Counted from the stretch's first letter, positions 52,307-62,827 are shown. The stretch is 64,000 nt of DNA from Alphaproteobacteria bacterium (GCA_965216755.1 CBDCGL010000011.1:3296001-3360000); one strand, 5' to 3'. The notes: a model not told the origin generated them from the letters alone. Numbers and translations are program-made.

Positions 52307-53465
52307 AGTAAGGGCGTCGACGGGAATAGCGGACTTGCCGCCCCTTCGCTGGTGTACGCGCTGCGTCTATCCATCCAGTTCGGCGGTTGCGCTGGTGTTT
52401 GACGATAATGGCGTGTGCAGCGGCTGCCGGGTCCACGACCAGAAAAAGACCATCGACTGGGATGAACGGCTGGCGTGGCTTTTGGAAGAGATCGAACCCT
52501 ATCGGCGCCCGTCGGGTTATGAATGTGTGATCGGCGTCTCCGGCGGCAAGGACAGCTACTATCAGGTGCATTTCGTCAAGGAAAAGCTCGGTCTCAATCC
52601 GTTGCTCGTTACATATAACGGCAACAATTATTTGGATATCGGCTGGCAAAACCTGATGCGGATGAAGGCCGTTTTCGGCGTCGATCACATGATCATATCG
52701 CCTTCGGAAGAACTATTAATTCGCATGAATCGCTTAGCGTTTCGCATGATGGGCGACATGAATTGGCAAAACCATGCCGGAATCGCCACGGTGCCCATGC
52801 AGATGGCCGTGCGCATGGGCATTCCCCTGGTGTTTTGGGGCGAACATGGTTGGACCGATCTGGGCGGCATGCATTCGATGCATGATCTGGTCGAATATAC
52901 CGCGCGCTATCGAAAGGATCAGCTGCTGCGTGGTTACGATTGGCACGACATGATGGGCGATGAAGAGGACCCGATCGCCGCGCACGAACTCGAGTGTTTC
53001 AAATATCCGCGCGATGCCGAAATCGAGTCGGTCGGCCTGCGCGGGATATTCATTGGCAATTACGATCCCTGGGACGCCAATGCCCACGCCCAATTGGTGA
53101 TGGAACGCTATGGGTGGCTACCATCGCCGGTGCCGTTTGAACGCACCTATCGGCGCATGTCGAATTTGGACGACCGCTATGAAAACGGTGCCCACGACTA
53201 TTTGAAGTATATCAAGTTCGGTTATGGCCGGGCGACCGATCACGCCTGCAAAGACATCCGCAGCGGCTATATGAGTCGCGACGAAGGCATCGCCATGGTG
53301 AAACGGTACGATCATGTGCGGTCGTCGGATTTGACCTATTGGCTCGACTATGTCGATCGCGGCGAACAATGGTTTGACCAAATCGCCGACGGGTTTCGTA
53401 GCCCGAAGGTGTGGCGGCGGGACAGCGCCGGGCAGTGGCACAAACGAAATTTGTGGGACCAATGA
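52290..53465 (+). CDS. N-acetyl sugar amidotransferase (WbuX/PseA-like) 1
   Basis: CTRC...CSGC zinc motif, PP-loop GVSGGKDS, KFGYGRAT. Start uncertain (GTG 52290). Confidence 0.88.
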   Translation: MTISAEVRASTGIADLPPLRWCTRCVYPSSSAVALVFDDNGVCSGCRVHDQKKTIDWDERLAWLLEEIEPYRRPSGYECVIGVSGGKDSYYQVHFVKEKLGLNPLLVTYNGNNYLDIGWQNLMRMKAVFGVDHMIISPSEELLIRMNRLAFRMMGDMNWQNHAGIATVPMQMAVRMGIPLVFWGEHGWTDLGGMHSMHDLVEYTARYRKDQLLRGYDWHDMMGDEEDPIAAHELECFKYPRDAEIESVGLRGIFIGNYDPWDANAHAQLVMERYGWLPSPVPFERTYRRMSNLDDRYENGAHDYLKYIKFGYGRATDHACKDIRSGYMSRDEGIAMVKRYDHVRSSDLTYWLDYVDRGEQWFDQIADGFRSPKVWRRDSAGQWHKRNLWDQ

Positions 53466-54484
53466 CGGTCGCCGCCGACCGCCCGGGTTTTTCAGTCGAT
53501 GATATCCGCCCCGCCGCGGTCATGGCCGATCAGCAGGCGGCCATGCAGCACGATATTGATTGGCTGGCGCAGCATCGCAACCAATTCGAAGCCGTGTCAT
53601 GCCCGGCCTGTGGGCAAGCGGATGCGGTGGCGCTCTACGAAAAATATGGCATGCATCATGTGCGTTGCGGCGCATGTGTGACCCAATATGTATCGCCGCG
53701 GCCCAGCCAACCCCTGTTGGCGCGCTTTTATGCGCAGTCCGCGAACTATGCCTATTGGGCGCAGCATATCTTTCCGGCCAGCGCGGACGCCCGGCGCGTA
53801 AACCTGTTCCGCCCGCGCGCGCGGCACGCCGCGGCGCTAATGCGAGCGGCGAACGTCGATGGTGGCACATTGGTCGAAGTTGGCGCGGCATTCGGCTTGT
53901 TTTGCGACGAAGCGCGCGCGACCGGCGCCTTCGATCGGGTGGTGGCGATTGAGCCGACACCGGACTTGGCTGCGATCTGCCGCGACCTGGGCCTGGAAAC
54001 CCACCAATGCCCCTATGAAAAGGTGACCATCGACCACGGCGCGCACATGGTTGCGGCGTTCGAAGTGATCGAGCACCTGCATACACCTGTCGATTTTCTA
54101 CATTGGTGCCACGGGATATTGCGCCCCGGCGGGCTGGTGATGCTGACCTGTCCGAACAGTCGCGGTTTGGAAACCTTGGCGCTCGGCAAGGCCGCCGGCG
54201 CCGTCGACCATGAGCACCTCAATCTGTTCCATCCGGACTCATTGCGCGCCTTGGCGGCGCGCTGCGGCTTTGTTGATGTCGCCATCACGACCCCGGGCGA
54301 ACTCGACGTGGAGTTGGTGGCGGCTGCGCTTGATGACGGTGCTATCGACGAAAAAGCGTTGGGGCCGTTCATTGGCGCAGTCATGGCGGATCGCGACCCG
54401 ATTGTGTTGGCCAAGCTGCAGGCGTTCGTTCGCGACGCCGGCTACTCGTCGCACATGATGATGGTGGCGCGGCGCGTGCCATGA
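53462..54484 (+). CDS. Class I SAM-dependent methyltransferase with N-terminal Cys motifs
   Basis: Motifs CPAC..CGAC, VEVGAAFG, FEVIEHL, LTCPN, EHLNLF. Confidence 0.85.
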   Translation: MTVAADRPGFSVDDIRPAAVMADQQAAMQHDIDWLAQHRNQFEAVSCPACGQADAVALYEKYGMHHVRCGACVTQYVSPRPSQPLLARFYAQSANYAYWAQHIFPASADARRVNLFRPRARHAAALMRAANVDGGTLVEVGAAFGLFCDEARATGAFDRVVAIEPTPDLAAICRDLGLETHQCPYEKVTIDHGAHMVAAFEVIEHLHTPVDFLHWCHGILRPGGLVMLTCPNSRGLETLALGKAAGAVDHEHLNLFHPDSLRALAARCGFVDVAITTPGELDVELVAAALDDGAIDEKALGPFIGAVMADRDPIVLAKLQAFVRDAGYSSHMMMVARRVP

Positions 54485-55683
54485 TCGCGGTTTTTCTGGG
54501 TAACAAGCTGGTCAGTTGCGACACGGTGCTGCCGATCATGATGACGGTCAAGCGCCGCCATCCGGGCGAAGCTATCAATATCTATTGCATCGGCCGGGCG
54601 ACATTCGATGTTATCCACCGCAATCAAGTGTTGTGGGATGGTATTCACAAGATTGGACGCCTCTACAATCTGGGCCGCGTGGGCCACGGCCGCGGGTCGT
54701 GGCTCGTGCACCGCGCCAAAGCATTTGCGTTTTTGTTGCGTTTGTCTTGGTTGGGGCTGATCGGCCGCGCGACATTTGTTCATTTCGGCCGCTTGAATGC
54801 CTGGCCGTTTCGCCTACTGTTTTTCAGCAATCCTCGCAACACGGTCTTGATGCAGCAGGTCTCCGCCGGGCACGGACCACTGGAAGCGGGGATCGATGCC
54901 TTGAAGCGTGCGCGCCGCGATCGCACGTCCGACCAAGCGGCGGGAAGACTGATGGGGTTTGGGCCAAACTGGCCAGCATTCGCGCAAGCCGGGGTGCCGC
55001 AAAGTCGTTGCCACGTCTTGGGCGTGCCCCACTTGGCGCCGGCGTGGCGCGACTATATCGATGGACGCGCGGCGCGGGATTTCGACGGCGCCGGCCATGG
55101 CGAGAGCGCCGAGATTTTGGCCTTCATGCTGGGTTTTTTTGGACCGCTCGATTTCTTACCGAGCGCAGACACCGTGCAACAACTGTTCGAGGAATCCCTG
55201 GATATATTGGTTGCCGCCGGGGGCGGCCGGCCGGTGTTTATCAAGCCCCATGCCATTACCGACTTGAAGATTGTCGACACCGCGCTGAAGGCACGCGCCG
55301 GTGCGCCGTTGGTGGTCAGCCATTTGCATCCCAACGTGCTCGCGACGCGGGCGCGGCTGTGCATCGCGAATTATTACAGCGCGACACTGTATACAATGCG
55401 TGCCTTGGGTGTGCCGACGATCGAATACACGGATTATACCGAACAGGCTTTGGTCGCGACCGATGACGGCTCGATGCGTCCGGACGCCGTGAGCCACTTT
55501 GTCCAACGGGACCGTGCGGGGCTCGATCGTCTTGTTCGCGACCTCGTGCAACGGCCGCGCAACCATATCGCGCCACGTGACTTGGACCCAAGCGCCATCG
55601 ACGCATTGGCGCGTCGCCCTTATCCTCGTGGGACGGGTTCCGTTCGTGGCGCCGACCTTGAACACATGGTGACCAAGCCATGA
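54481..55683 (+). CDS. Hypothetical protein, possible GT-B nonulosonate transferase
   Basis: 400-aa ORF coupled on both sides by ATGA overlaps; C-terminal IKPH...YSAT...ALGVPTIEY resembles GT-B donor domains. Confidence 0.6.
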   Translation: MIAVFLGNKLVSCDTVLPIMMTVKRRHPGEAINIYCIGRATFDVIHRNQVLWDGIHKIGRLYNLGRVGHGRGSWLVHRAKAFAFLLRLSWLGLIGRATFVHFGRLNAWPFRLLFFSNPRNTVLMQQVSAGHGPLEAGIDALKRARRDRTSDQAAGRLMGFGPNWPAFAQAGVPQSRCHVLGVPHLAPAWRDYIDGRAARDFDGAGHGESAEILAFMLGFFGPLDFLPSADTVQQLFEESLDILVAAGGGRPVFIKPHAITDLKIVDTALKARAGAPLVVSHLHPNVLATRARLCIANYYSATLYTMRALGVPTIEYTDYTEQALVATDDGSMRPDAVSHFVQRDRAGLDRLVRDLVQRPRNHIAPRDLDPSAIDALARRPYPRGTGSVRGADLEHMVTKP

Positions 55684-56747
55684 GCGTACAAAGGATCGAT
55701 CGATTCGAAACCATGGTGTGCCCGCCGAACATGTCGTTGCGGGGCGTCATGGGCCGGATGACTGCAACCGGGCATTTATTCCAGGTCGTGTTGGATGGCG
55801 GGGGGCGGGTTCTGGGCACGGTGACCGACGGCGATCTGCGCCGGGCGATTCTCAACGGTGTCGGCGTCGAATCGGATATCGCGGTGTGCATGCAAAAGAA
55901 TGCCGTAATCGGCAAGCTGGGCGCCCAGGATCACAATCGACGGCTGCTAGAAAATCTTCAACAAATCAGTCCGAACGCGGCGTTGTTGCCGGTCACCGAC
56001 GACGATGGTGTCCTCAATGAGATTCTTTTGTTGGCCGGCGATGTGGTCGAGGCCCCGGCGGCGCTGGTGATGGCGGGCGGCATGGGCCGCAGACTTGGCG
56101 CGCGCACGCGCAATACACCAAAACCGCTGTTGCCAGTTGGTGGCAAAGCGATTTTGGAACACATTCTTGGCCGCCTGGAGACCGCGTCGATAACCCGCAT
56201 TCTGATTTCGGTGCACTATCTGGCGGAACAAATCGAAGCATTTGTCACCGCACGGAGCAATACGGCGCATGTCGATTTGGTCCGTGAAGAGCAACCGTTG
56301 GGGACGGCGGGCGCGATTGGGGAAATCGACGATGTGCCGGGCGGTGGCCTGATGGTCTTGAACGGCGATGTGCTGACACAAGTCGATTTCGACGCTCTGA
56401 TCAGTTTTCATCGGCGCAGCGGCCACGACGCCACCCTTGCCGTTGCGCAGTATGAAGTGGCCGTGCCTTATGGCGTGGTCAAGCACAGCGATGACGGCTT
56501 GTTCCAGGGGATCGAGGAAAAACCGCGCATGCGCCAATTTGTCGCCGCGGGGATCTATTTGTTGTCACGCGAATTTTGTGCTTTGCCGCAAGCCGGCCAG
56601 CGTATCGACATGCCGGAATTGATCAATATGGGGCGGAGCATAGGTCTTAAAGTCGGCTTGTTTCCGATCCACGAATATTGGAAGGATGTCGGACAGGTCG
56701 CCGATTTGGAATCGGCAGAACGCGACCACAATGGTGGGCCGGCTTAA
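55680..56747 (+). CDS. CBS-domain nucleotidyltransferase (PtmE/LegX-like)
   Basis: Motifs GTVTDGDLRRAIL (CBS), MAGGMGRRL...PKPLL, PLGTAG, NGDVLT, YWKDVG. Confidence 0.88.
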   Translation: MSVQRIDRFETMVCPPNMSLRGVMGRMTATGHLFQVVLDGGGRVLGTVTDGDLRRAILNGVGVESDIAVCMQKNAVIGKLGAQDHNRRLLENLQQISPNAALLPVTDDDGVLNEILLLAGDVVEAPAALVMAGGMGRRLGARTRNTPKPLLPVGGKAILEHILGRLETASITRILISVHYLAEQIEAFVTARSNTAHVDLVREEQPLGTAGAIGEIDDVPGGGLMVLNGDVLTQVDFDALISFHRRSGHDATLAVAQYEVAVPYGVVKHSDDGLFQGIEEKPRMRQFVAAGIYLLSREFCALPQAGQRIDMPELINMGRSIGLKVGLFPIHEYWKDVGQVADLESAERDHNGGPA

Positions 56748-57903
56748 GGTGGAGCGGCGCTACGATATCCCTTTGAGCGTGCCGGATTTGCGCGGCCGCG
56801 AACGCGAGTATCTGACTCGTTGTGTCGACGAGAATTGGGTGTCGACCGCCGGGCCATTCGTCGATCAGGTCGAAGATGGTTTGGCGGCCATAAGTGACCA
56901 AGACCACGCCGTGGCGACTTGTACGGGGACCGCGGCGCTGCATTTGGCGTTATTGGCGGTGGGGGTCAAGGCCGGCGACCTGGTCATCGTGCCGGATTGG
57001 ACATTCGGGGCAACAGCGAACGCGGTGTATCATGCCGGGGCGACGCCGCTTTTGGTCGATGTGCAATCAACCTGTTGGACCTTGGATCCGGCGCGGGTCG
57101 AAGATGTGCTCAACACGCGCGCAGTGGCGGCGGTCATCGCCGTTGACGCGCTCGGGCATCCGGCTGACATGGACGCGCTTGGCGCCGTGTGCCGCGACCA
57201 CAATGTGCCGTTGATTGAAGATGCCGCTGGTGCCATTGGCGCGCGCTACAAGGGGCGCCCGGCCGGCGGCTTGGCCGATGTCGGCATCTATTCGTTCAAC
57301 GGCAACAAGACCATTACCGCGGGTGGCGGCGGCGCGGCGGTGACCAATCGCGACGACTATGCAACGCTTATGGCTCAACTGGCGGTGCATCGGGTCAGCG
57401 ACGCCAGCCGTGCGCCCGGCGGGTTCTATCGCTATGACGTGATCGGCTTCAACTATCGCATGACCAATATCAGCGCCGCGCTGGCGTTGGCGCAATTGGA
57501 GCGGTTGGATCAGATGTTGGCGCGCAAAAGGGCGATTGCAGCCTGTTACGACCAGGGCCTGGCCGGACGCGACGACCTGCGGCCCATGCCGCGGGCGGCG
57601 TGGGCGGACCCGAACTGCTGGATGTATTCGGTCATGTGCGGGTCGGCGGATGATGCGGACCGCCTGGTCCGCCATTTGGAACAGCAGCGCGTGCAGGCAC
57701 GGATATTTTGGCAGGCCCTGTCCTCACAAACGGCGTACGATTCGGCGCCGCGCGACATTGGCGGGGTGGCACAAGCGATCGGTGCCCGAACGGTCGCCTT
57801 GCCATGCAGCAGCAATCTTACCGAAGATCAACAGCACTATGTGCTCGGGTTGCTCCGCGAATGGCAGGGCAACCCGGTGGCGGAGCTGGCGCAGGCTTCA
57901 TGA
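56731..57903 (+). CDS. legC: LegC-like sugar aminotransferase
   Basis: Motifs IPLSVP, WVSTAGPFV, GTAALHLAL, SFNGNKTITAGGGG, GFNYRMTNISAA, LPCS. Confidence 0.8.
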   Translation: MVGRLKVERRYDIPLSVPDLRGREREYLTRCVDENWVSTAGPFVDQVEDGLAAISDQDHAVATCTGTAALHLALLAVGVKAGDLVIVPDWTFGATANAVYHAGATPLLVDVQSTCWTLDPARVEDVLNTRAVAAVIAVDALGHPADMDALGAVCRDHNVPLIEDAAGAIGARYKGRPAGGLADVGIYSFNGNKTITAGGGGAAVTNRDDYATLMAQLAVHRVSDASRAPGGFYRYDVIGFNYRMTNISAALALAQLERLDQMLARKRAIAACYDQGLAGRDDLRPMPRAAWADPNCWMYSVMCGSADDADRLVRHLEQQRVQARIFWQALSSQTAYDSAPRDIGGVAQAIGARTVALPCSSNLTEDQQHYVLGLLREWQGNPVAELAQAS

Positions 57904-58922
57904 CGTCGACGCCGCCAACGGTGATCGCCGAAGCCGGAGTCAATCACAATGGCGATTTGGCACGCGCCCGCGAAATGGTGGCCGCGGTCGCCGCGACTGG
58001 GGCCGACATTGTTAAGTTCCAGGCCTTCCAGGCTGATCGCCTGGTCACCAAGACCGCCGCAACCGCTGCCTATCAACACTCCAACACCGGCTTGCGCAAC
58101 CAGGTCGATATGTTGCAAGCCTTGGAATTGACTCTGTATGACTTCGCCGTCTTGGCGGATGATTGCCGTAACAACAAAATTGAATTTCTGTGCACGCCAT
58201 TCGATATCGATTCTCTGAACGGCCTGATGGCGATTGGCATGGCGCGTGTCAAGGTGGCATCGGGCGAACTGACCAATTTGCCATTGTTGCGCGCGATTGG
58301 CGGCTACGGCGTGCCAGTGATCCTGTCCACCGGCATGGCGAATGTGGATGAGGTCGCGGTGGCGCTGGCTGCCTTGCGCGACAACGGCGCCGGCCCGGTG
58401 ACTTTGTTGCATTGCACGTCGCAATATCCGGCGCCGATAGACTCGCTCAATTTGCGCGCGATCGTCAGCCTGCGTGACCGGTTTGGCGTTTCGGTTGGCT
58501 ATTCCGATCATAGTGTGGGGAACATGGCGGCGATCGCGGCGGTCGCGCTCGGCGCGACAGTGATCGAGAAGCACTTTACTTTGGATCGGTCGTTGCCGGG
58601 CCCGGATCACGCGGCATCGCTGTTGCCGAATGAAGTCGCTGACTTGGTAGCGGCCGTGCGTGACGCGGCGCGTGCATTGGGCAACGGCCGTAAACAACCG
58701 ACAGCCGCGGAACTGGAAACCGCGCGCTTGGTGCGACAAAGCTGGCATGCCGCGCGCAATTTGGCGAGAGGACACGTGATTGGCGATGGCGATGCGGTGC
58801 TAAAAAGACCAGACACCGGCTTAGCGCCGGCTATGTCGCCGGTCGGGCGCAGTTTGCGCGTTGATGTGATGGCAGACATGCCCCTGCGGGCCGACGATTT
58901 GGTCGAGGACGTGCGCCCATGA
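57900..58922 (+). CDS. Nonulosonic acid synthase 2 (LegI/NeuB-like)
   Basis: Motifs IAEAGVNHNGD, VKFQAF, FLCTPFD, SGELTN, LLHCTSQYP, GYSDHS, IEKHFTLDRSLPGPDH. Confidence 0.92.
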   Translation: MTSTPPTVIAEAGVNHNGDLARAREMVAAVAATGADIVKFQAFQADRLVTKTAATAAYQHSNTGLRNQVDMLQALELTLYDFAVLADDCRNNKIEFLCTPFDIDSLNGLMAIGMARVKVASGELTNLPLLRAIGGYGVPVILSTGMANVDEVAVALAALRDNGAGPVTLLHCTSQYPAPIDSLNLRAIVSLRDRFGVSVGYSDHSVGNMAAIAAVALGATVIEKHFTLDRSLPGPDHAASLLPNEVADLVAAVRDAARALGNGRKQPTAAELETARLVRQSWHAARNLARGHVIGDGDAVLKRPDTGLAPAMSPVGRSLRVDVMADMPLRADDLVEDVRP

Positions 58923-60085
58923 CACGAGTCATGAGCGTCACGTCTGGCCGCGCCGATGTGGGAATCTTGGCGTCGGTCTGGCACGCCTTGGCCGCGCGTG
59001 ACGGCGTCGATCTCGAGATTTTCGTGACCGGCATGCATTGCCGCCACGGCGCCGCGTGTGAATTGCCGTTGCCACATGGCGCGACTGTCCATGCCGGGGG
59101 CGCGGATTTGGCCGGCACTAGATCGGGCGCGGCGTCTGCCATGGCAAGGATTTTGGACGACGCGGCGCGGGCTTTCGAACGGGCGGCGCCGGATATCGTC
59201 TTGGTCGTCGGCGACCGGCTCGACATGATGCCGGCGGCCATGGCAACGCTGGCCGGCAACATCCCGCTTGCCCATGTGCATGGTGGTGAATTGACCTTGG
59301 GGGCCGTCGACGACCGGATCCGCCATGCCGTCACCAAGATGGCGCATCTGCACATGGTGTCGTGCCACAGTGCCGCCGACCGGGTCGTGCAAATGGGTGA
59401 AGAACCGTGGCGCGTGCACGTCACCGGCGCACCGGGCCTGGATACCTTGCGTGCCCAACCGTCGATGACGGCCGCTGCGGTGGCGGCGGCGCTTGGGCTG
59501 GTGAACATTGACGGTCTGCGCGTCGTCACCGTTCACCCCGAAACCAATGCGCCGAATCCGTCGGCGCCACTTCAGGCGGTGCTCGGCGCTTTGGCGGCCC
59601 AGCCGGCGCCGACCGTGATCACCGCGCCCAACACCGACCCCGGTAGCACGGCCATGGCCGCGCCAATCGCCGCATTTGTTGCGGCACATCCGTGGGCCCA
59701 GTTTCACGACACGTTGGGCACGCGCCTTTATGCCAATGTTTTGCGCCAGGCCAGCATGATGGTTGGCAATTCCTCGAGCGGATTGATCGAAGCACCGCTG
59801 GTCGGCTTGCCCGTCGTCAATGTGGGCGGCCGACAGGACGGACGCGAGCGCGCGCCGACGGTGATTGACTGTGCGCCAACAGCCGCGGCCGTTACGACGG
59901 CAATGACCCGTGCCGCCGCCTTGGCGCCGCCAACCGATCCGGCCAGTCCTTATGGTGATGGTCAGGCCGCCGAGCGGATTGCCGATATCCTGGCTGACTT
60001 ACCATCCCGCGAATCTTTGCTGTACAAACCATTCTATGCCACCGGCACCGATCAGGCCAATGTGGCTGTGCGGGCGCGCGCGTGA
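58919..60085 (+). CDS. neuC: Hydrolysing NDP-sugar 2-epimerase (NeuC/LegG)
   Basis: Motifs TSGRAD, TGMH, GDRLD, HVHGGE, DDRIRHAVTKMAHLH, GNSSSGLIEAP, RQDGRE, YGDG. Confidence 0.88.
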   Translation: MTRVMSVTSGRADVGILASVWHALAARDGVDLEIFVTGMHCRHGAACELPLPHGATVHAGGADLAGTRSGAASAMARILDDAARAFERAAPDIVLVVGDRLDMMPAAMATLAGNIPLAHVHGGELTLGAVDDRIRHAVTKMAHLHMVSCHSAADRVVQMGEEPWRVHVTGAPGLDTLRAQPSMTAAAVAAALGLVNIDGLRVVTVHPETNAPNPSAPLQAVLGALAAQPAPTVITAPNTDPGSTAMAAPIAAFVAAHPWAQFHDTLGTRLYANVLRQASMMVGNSSSGLIEAPLVGLPVVNVGGRQDGRERAPTVIDCAPTAAAVTTAMTRAAALAPPTDPASPYGDGQAAERIADILADLPSRESLLYKPFYATGTDQANVAVRARA

Positions 60086-61461
60086 CCGGCACCGTTTATA
60101 TCGTGCATGCTGTCGATGCCGAGGGCCCGCTCTACGAATCCCTTACTGCCAAGTTCGAACGGCTGCACGACCTGTTCGGCGTGACCGATATCGCGCCAAC
60201 CGCCGATAATCTTGCTCGGTTGCAGCGCCAAGAGCTTGACTTGGGCGGCCAAGAAGTGGCGGTGGCCCGGGCGCTGTCTGCCCACCGCAATCGCTACATG
60301 GAAAGTTGGGATCAGGTCGACGGCATGCTCGATCGTGTCACCACGCCCGACTTTCGCGATCGAATGATTGACAGTGACGGACAGGGCTGGGTCTTCAACT
60401 GGTTTTGTCTAGACCATGTCGACTTTGCCTACAATCCGCGCCGGCGCGATATGGGCTACCATAATGTGTCCGATCACTATGCGGCGCGGCGTGCACAGAC
60501 GCCATCGCCCGACGAATTGCATTGGCATTTCCATCCCATGTCGACCTATGGCGATGCCCATCGGTGCGCGACACACTATTTTCGCACGGACCATGTCTTT
60601 CAGATCTTGTGCCGCAAGATCATCGAACGGGGCTGGTTTCCAAGCGTCTTTCGGGCCGGTTTTCAAACCGAGCGCCCGGATAGCCATTGGTTTCTGGAGC
60701 AATGGATTCCCTTCGACATTTCGAACATGGCGCTTGATGATAATCATGAGCTCGACAATAGTATAGATTTTCGTTATGGTCGCTCGGGTGACTGGCGGCG
60801 CGCACCGGCGGATTGGTCGGTATATCACCCGAGCCATGACGACTATCAGGTCCCGGGTCGTTGCCGGCGCTGGATCGGCCGGGCGCTGAACGTGTTGAAC
60901 CGATTGGCGGATATCGACCAGCGTGAAATGGACAAGGCGTTCGCGCGCGCGGCAGATGGCGCCGACGCCCTTGTTGGTTTGGCAAGCCACGATTTTCGTG
61001 ATCTTGGGCCAGAGGTCGACCATGTCCGCGCTTTGGTCGCCGCGGCCAGCACCAAACATCCGGGGGTTCGGTTTCGGTTTTGTGGTGCCCTGGACGCCTT
61101 CCAGAACGTTACCATGGCAACCGATACCGCCGCCTTGGATTTGGATGTGATTTTCCATCCGGCGGCCGATGGCGATGTCGCGCGTATCGAAGTGGTGACC
61201 CGCGCCGGCCGGGTGTTCGGTCCGCAGCCATTTCTTGCCATCGAAACACGGTCGCGGCGATTTCTGCATGACAATTTCGATTTCGCGCCGTGTGGCACGC
61301 GTTGGCACTACGCGTTTCACGGCGATACGTTGCCGATCGAAGACGTTGCCGGTATCGGCATCGCCGCCAATGATGTCCAGGGGCGCAGCTGCGTGCGCCG
61401 GTTGGCGTTCCCGGCGGTGGCACCACTTAGTGCGGCACCGGTTCCCGTCGCCGCACCGTGA
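60082..61461 (+). CDS. Hypothetical protein, possible metal-dependent deacetylase (NodB/WalW-like motifs)
   Basis: 459-aa coupled ORF with VDAEG, HWHFHP, FRAGF and HDFRD motifs. Confidence 0.65.
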   Translation: MTGTVYIVHAVDAEGPLYESLTAKFERLHDLFGVTDIAPTADNLARLQRQELDLGGQEVAVARALSAHRNRYMESWDQVDGMLDRVTTPDFRDRMIDSDGQGWVFNWFCLDHVDFAYNPRRRDMGYHNVSDHYAARRAQTPSPDELHWHFHPMSTYGDAHRCATHYFRTDHVFQILCRKIIERGWFPSVFRAGFQTERPDSHWFLEQWIPFDISNMALDDNHELDNSIDFRYGRSGDWRRAPADWSVYHPSHDDYQVPGRCRRWIGRALNVLNRLADIDQREMDKAFARAADGADALVGLASHDFRDLGPEVDHVRALVAAASTKHPGVRFRFCGALDAFQNVTMATDTAALDLDVIFHPAADGDVARIEVVTRAGRVFGPQPFLAIETRSRRFLHDNFDFAPCGTRWHYAFHGDTLPIEDVAGIGIAANDVQGRSCVRRLAFPAVAPLSAAPVPVAAP

Positions 61462-62216
61462 CGCCAGCCCGAATTGTCGCGCGCCTGGACATCAAGGGCG
61501 AAAACGTCATCAAAGGCGTGCATCTGGAAGGCTTGAAACTGGTCGGCAAGCCGGGCGATCTGGCGCGCCGCTATTATGCCGAGGGCGCCGACGAACTGAT
61601 CTATATGGATGTCGTCGCTTCGCTCTATGGGCGCAACAACATATTGGCGGTGGTCGAAGAGGCCGCCCGCGATGTGTTCATCCCACTCACCGTTGGTGGT
61701 GGCCTGCGCGGCCTTGATGACATTGTTGCCGCGCTCAGAAGTGGCGCGGACAAGGTGGCGATCAATACGGCGGCGATCGCGCGACCGGCGTTTCTGGACG
61801 AGGCGGCCAAAGCATTTGGCAGCCAGTGCATCATGTTGTCGGTTGAGGCCAAACAGCGCGCTCCGGGCCGGTGGGAGGCATTGACCGACAATGGCCGCGA
61901 ACGCACCGATATCGATGTTCTGGCTTGGGTGGCCGAGGCCGAGCGGCGGGGTGCGGGCGAGATCTTGCTGACCTCGGTGGATCAGGAAGGCACGCAAAAG
62001 GGATTTGATGTCGAACTGATACGGGCCGTGCGCGAGCGCGTGCGCATTCCGGTGATTGCCTGCGGGGGCGCTGGATGCGGCGATCATGTCGGCGCCATGT
62101 TGGCGGAAACCGCGTGCGACGCGGTCGGTTGCGCGTCACTGTTTCATTACGATCTGTGCGCGATCCCTGATTTGAAAAACACGCTTTCGGCCAGAGGGCA
62201 GCGCGTGCGCCGATGA
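61458..62216 (+). CDS. HisF-like cyclase subunit (glycan amidination) 2
   Basis: Motifs RIVARLDIKG, IKGVHLEGL, GADELIYMDVVASLYGRN, GAGEILLTSVDQEGT. Confidence 0.9.
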   Translation: MTPARIVARLDIKGENVIKGVHLEGLKLVGKPGDLARRYYAEGADELIYMDVVASLYGRNNILAVVEEAARDVFIPLTVGGGLRGLDDIVAALRSGADKVAINTAAIARPAFLDEAAKAFGSQCIMLSVEAKQRAPGRWEALTDNGRERTDIDVLAWVAEAERRGAGEILLTSVDQEGTQKGFDVELIRAVRERVRIPVIACGGAGCGDHVGAMLAETACDAVGCASLFHYDLCAIPDLKNTLSARGQRVRR

Positions 62217-62827
62217 TCGCCATTGTCGATTATGGCCGTGGCAACTTGCTCAGCATCGCCCAAGCCGTGCGCCACGTTGGCGGCACATGCGAAGTGACAT
62301 CGGACAGTGATCGGCTGTGCGCGGCACGGCACGTTATCCTGCCGGGGGTCGGTGCTTTTGGCGATGCCATGCGCGGCTTGGTGGACCGCCGGTTGGCGGC
62401 GCCCTTGCGCGACATCGTTGGCCGCGGCACGCCGCTGTTGGGTATTTGCTTAGGGATGCAAGTGTTAACCGATTCGAGCACCGAATTTGGCCGCCATGAT
62501 GGTCTCGGCTTTATGTCGGGCCATGTTGAGCGGCTGCCCGAAGGCGCTATGCGCATCCCCAACGTTGGCTGGCGGCCGTTGCACTGCAACCGCGCGGACG
62601 ACTTCACGGCCGGCCTGCCGGACGGGGCGATGATGTATTTCGTTCACTCCTATACCCCGGTTATGGCGAATGTCGCCGACGTCACGGCCACGATTGCGAT
62701 CAATGGTCGCGACATAGCCGCGATCATCCGCAAAGAGCGTGTCATCGGCTGTCAGTTTCACCCGGAAAAAAGCGGGCCGGAGGGACTCAACCTGATCCGC
62801 AATTTCGTCAATCTCCCGGCTGATTGA
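62213..62827 (+). CDS. HisH-like glutamine amidotransferase (glycan amidination subunit) 2
   Basis: Motifs IVDYGRGNL, LPGVGAF, GICLGMQ, YFVHSY, QFHPEKSG. Confidence 0.9.
   Translation: MIAIVDYGRGNLLSIAQAVRHVGGTCEVTSDSDRLCAARHVILPGVGAFGDAMRGLVDRRLAAPLRDIVGRGTPLLGICLGMQVLTDSSTEFGRHDGLGFMSGHVERLPEGAMRIPNVGWRPLHCNRADDFTAGLPDGAMMYFVHSYTPVMANVADVTATIAINGRDIAAIIRKERVIGCQFHPEKSGPEGLNLIRNFVNLPAD

Noticed and set aside
50879-62827. hisH/hisF as histidine biosynthesis genes
   Set aside because: Both pairs flank N-acetyl sugar amidotransferases in a glycan operon and no other his genes are present, so they are read as amidination subunits.
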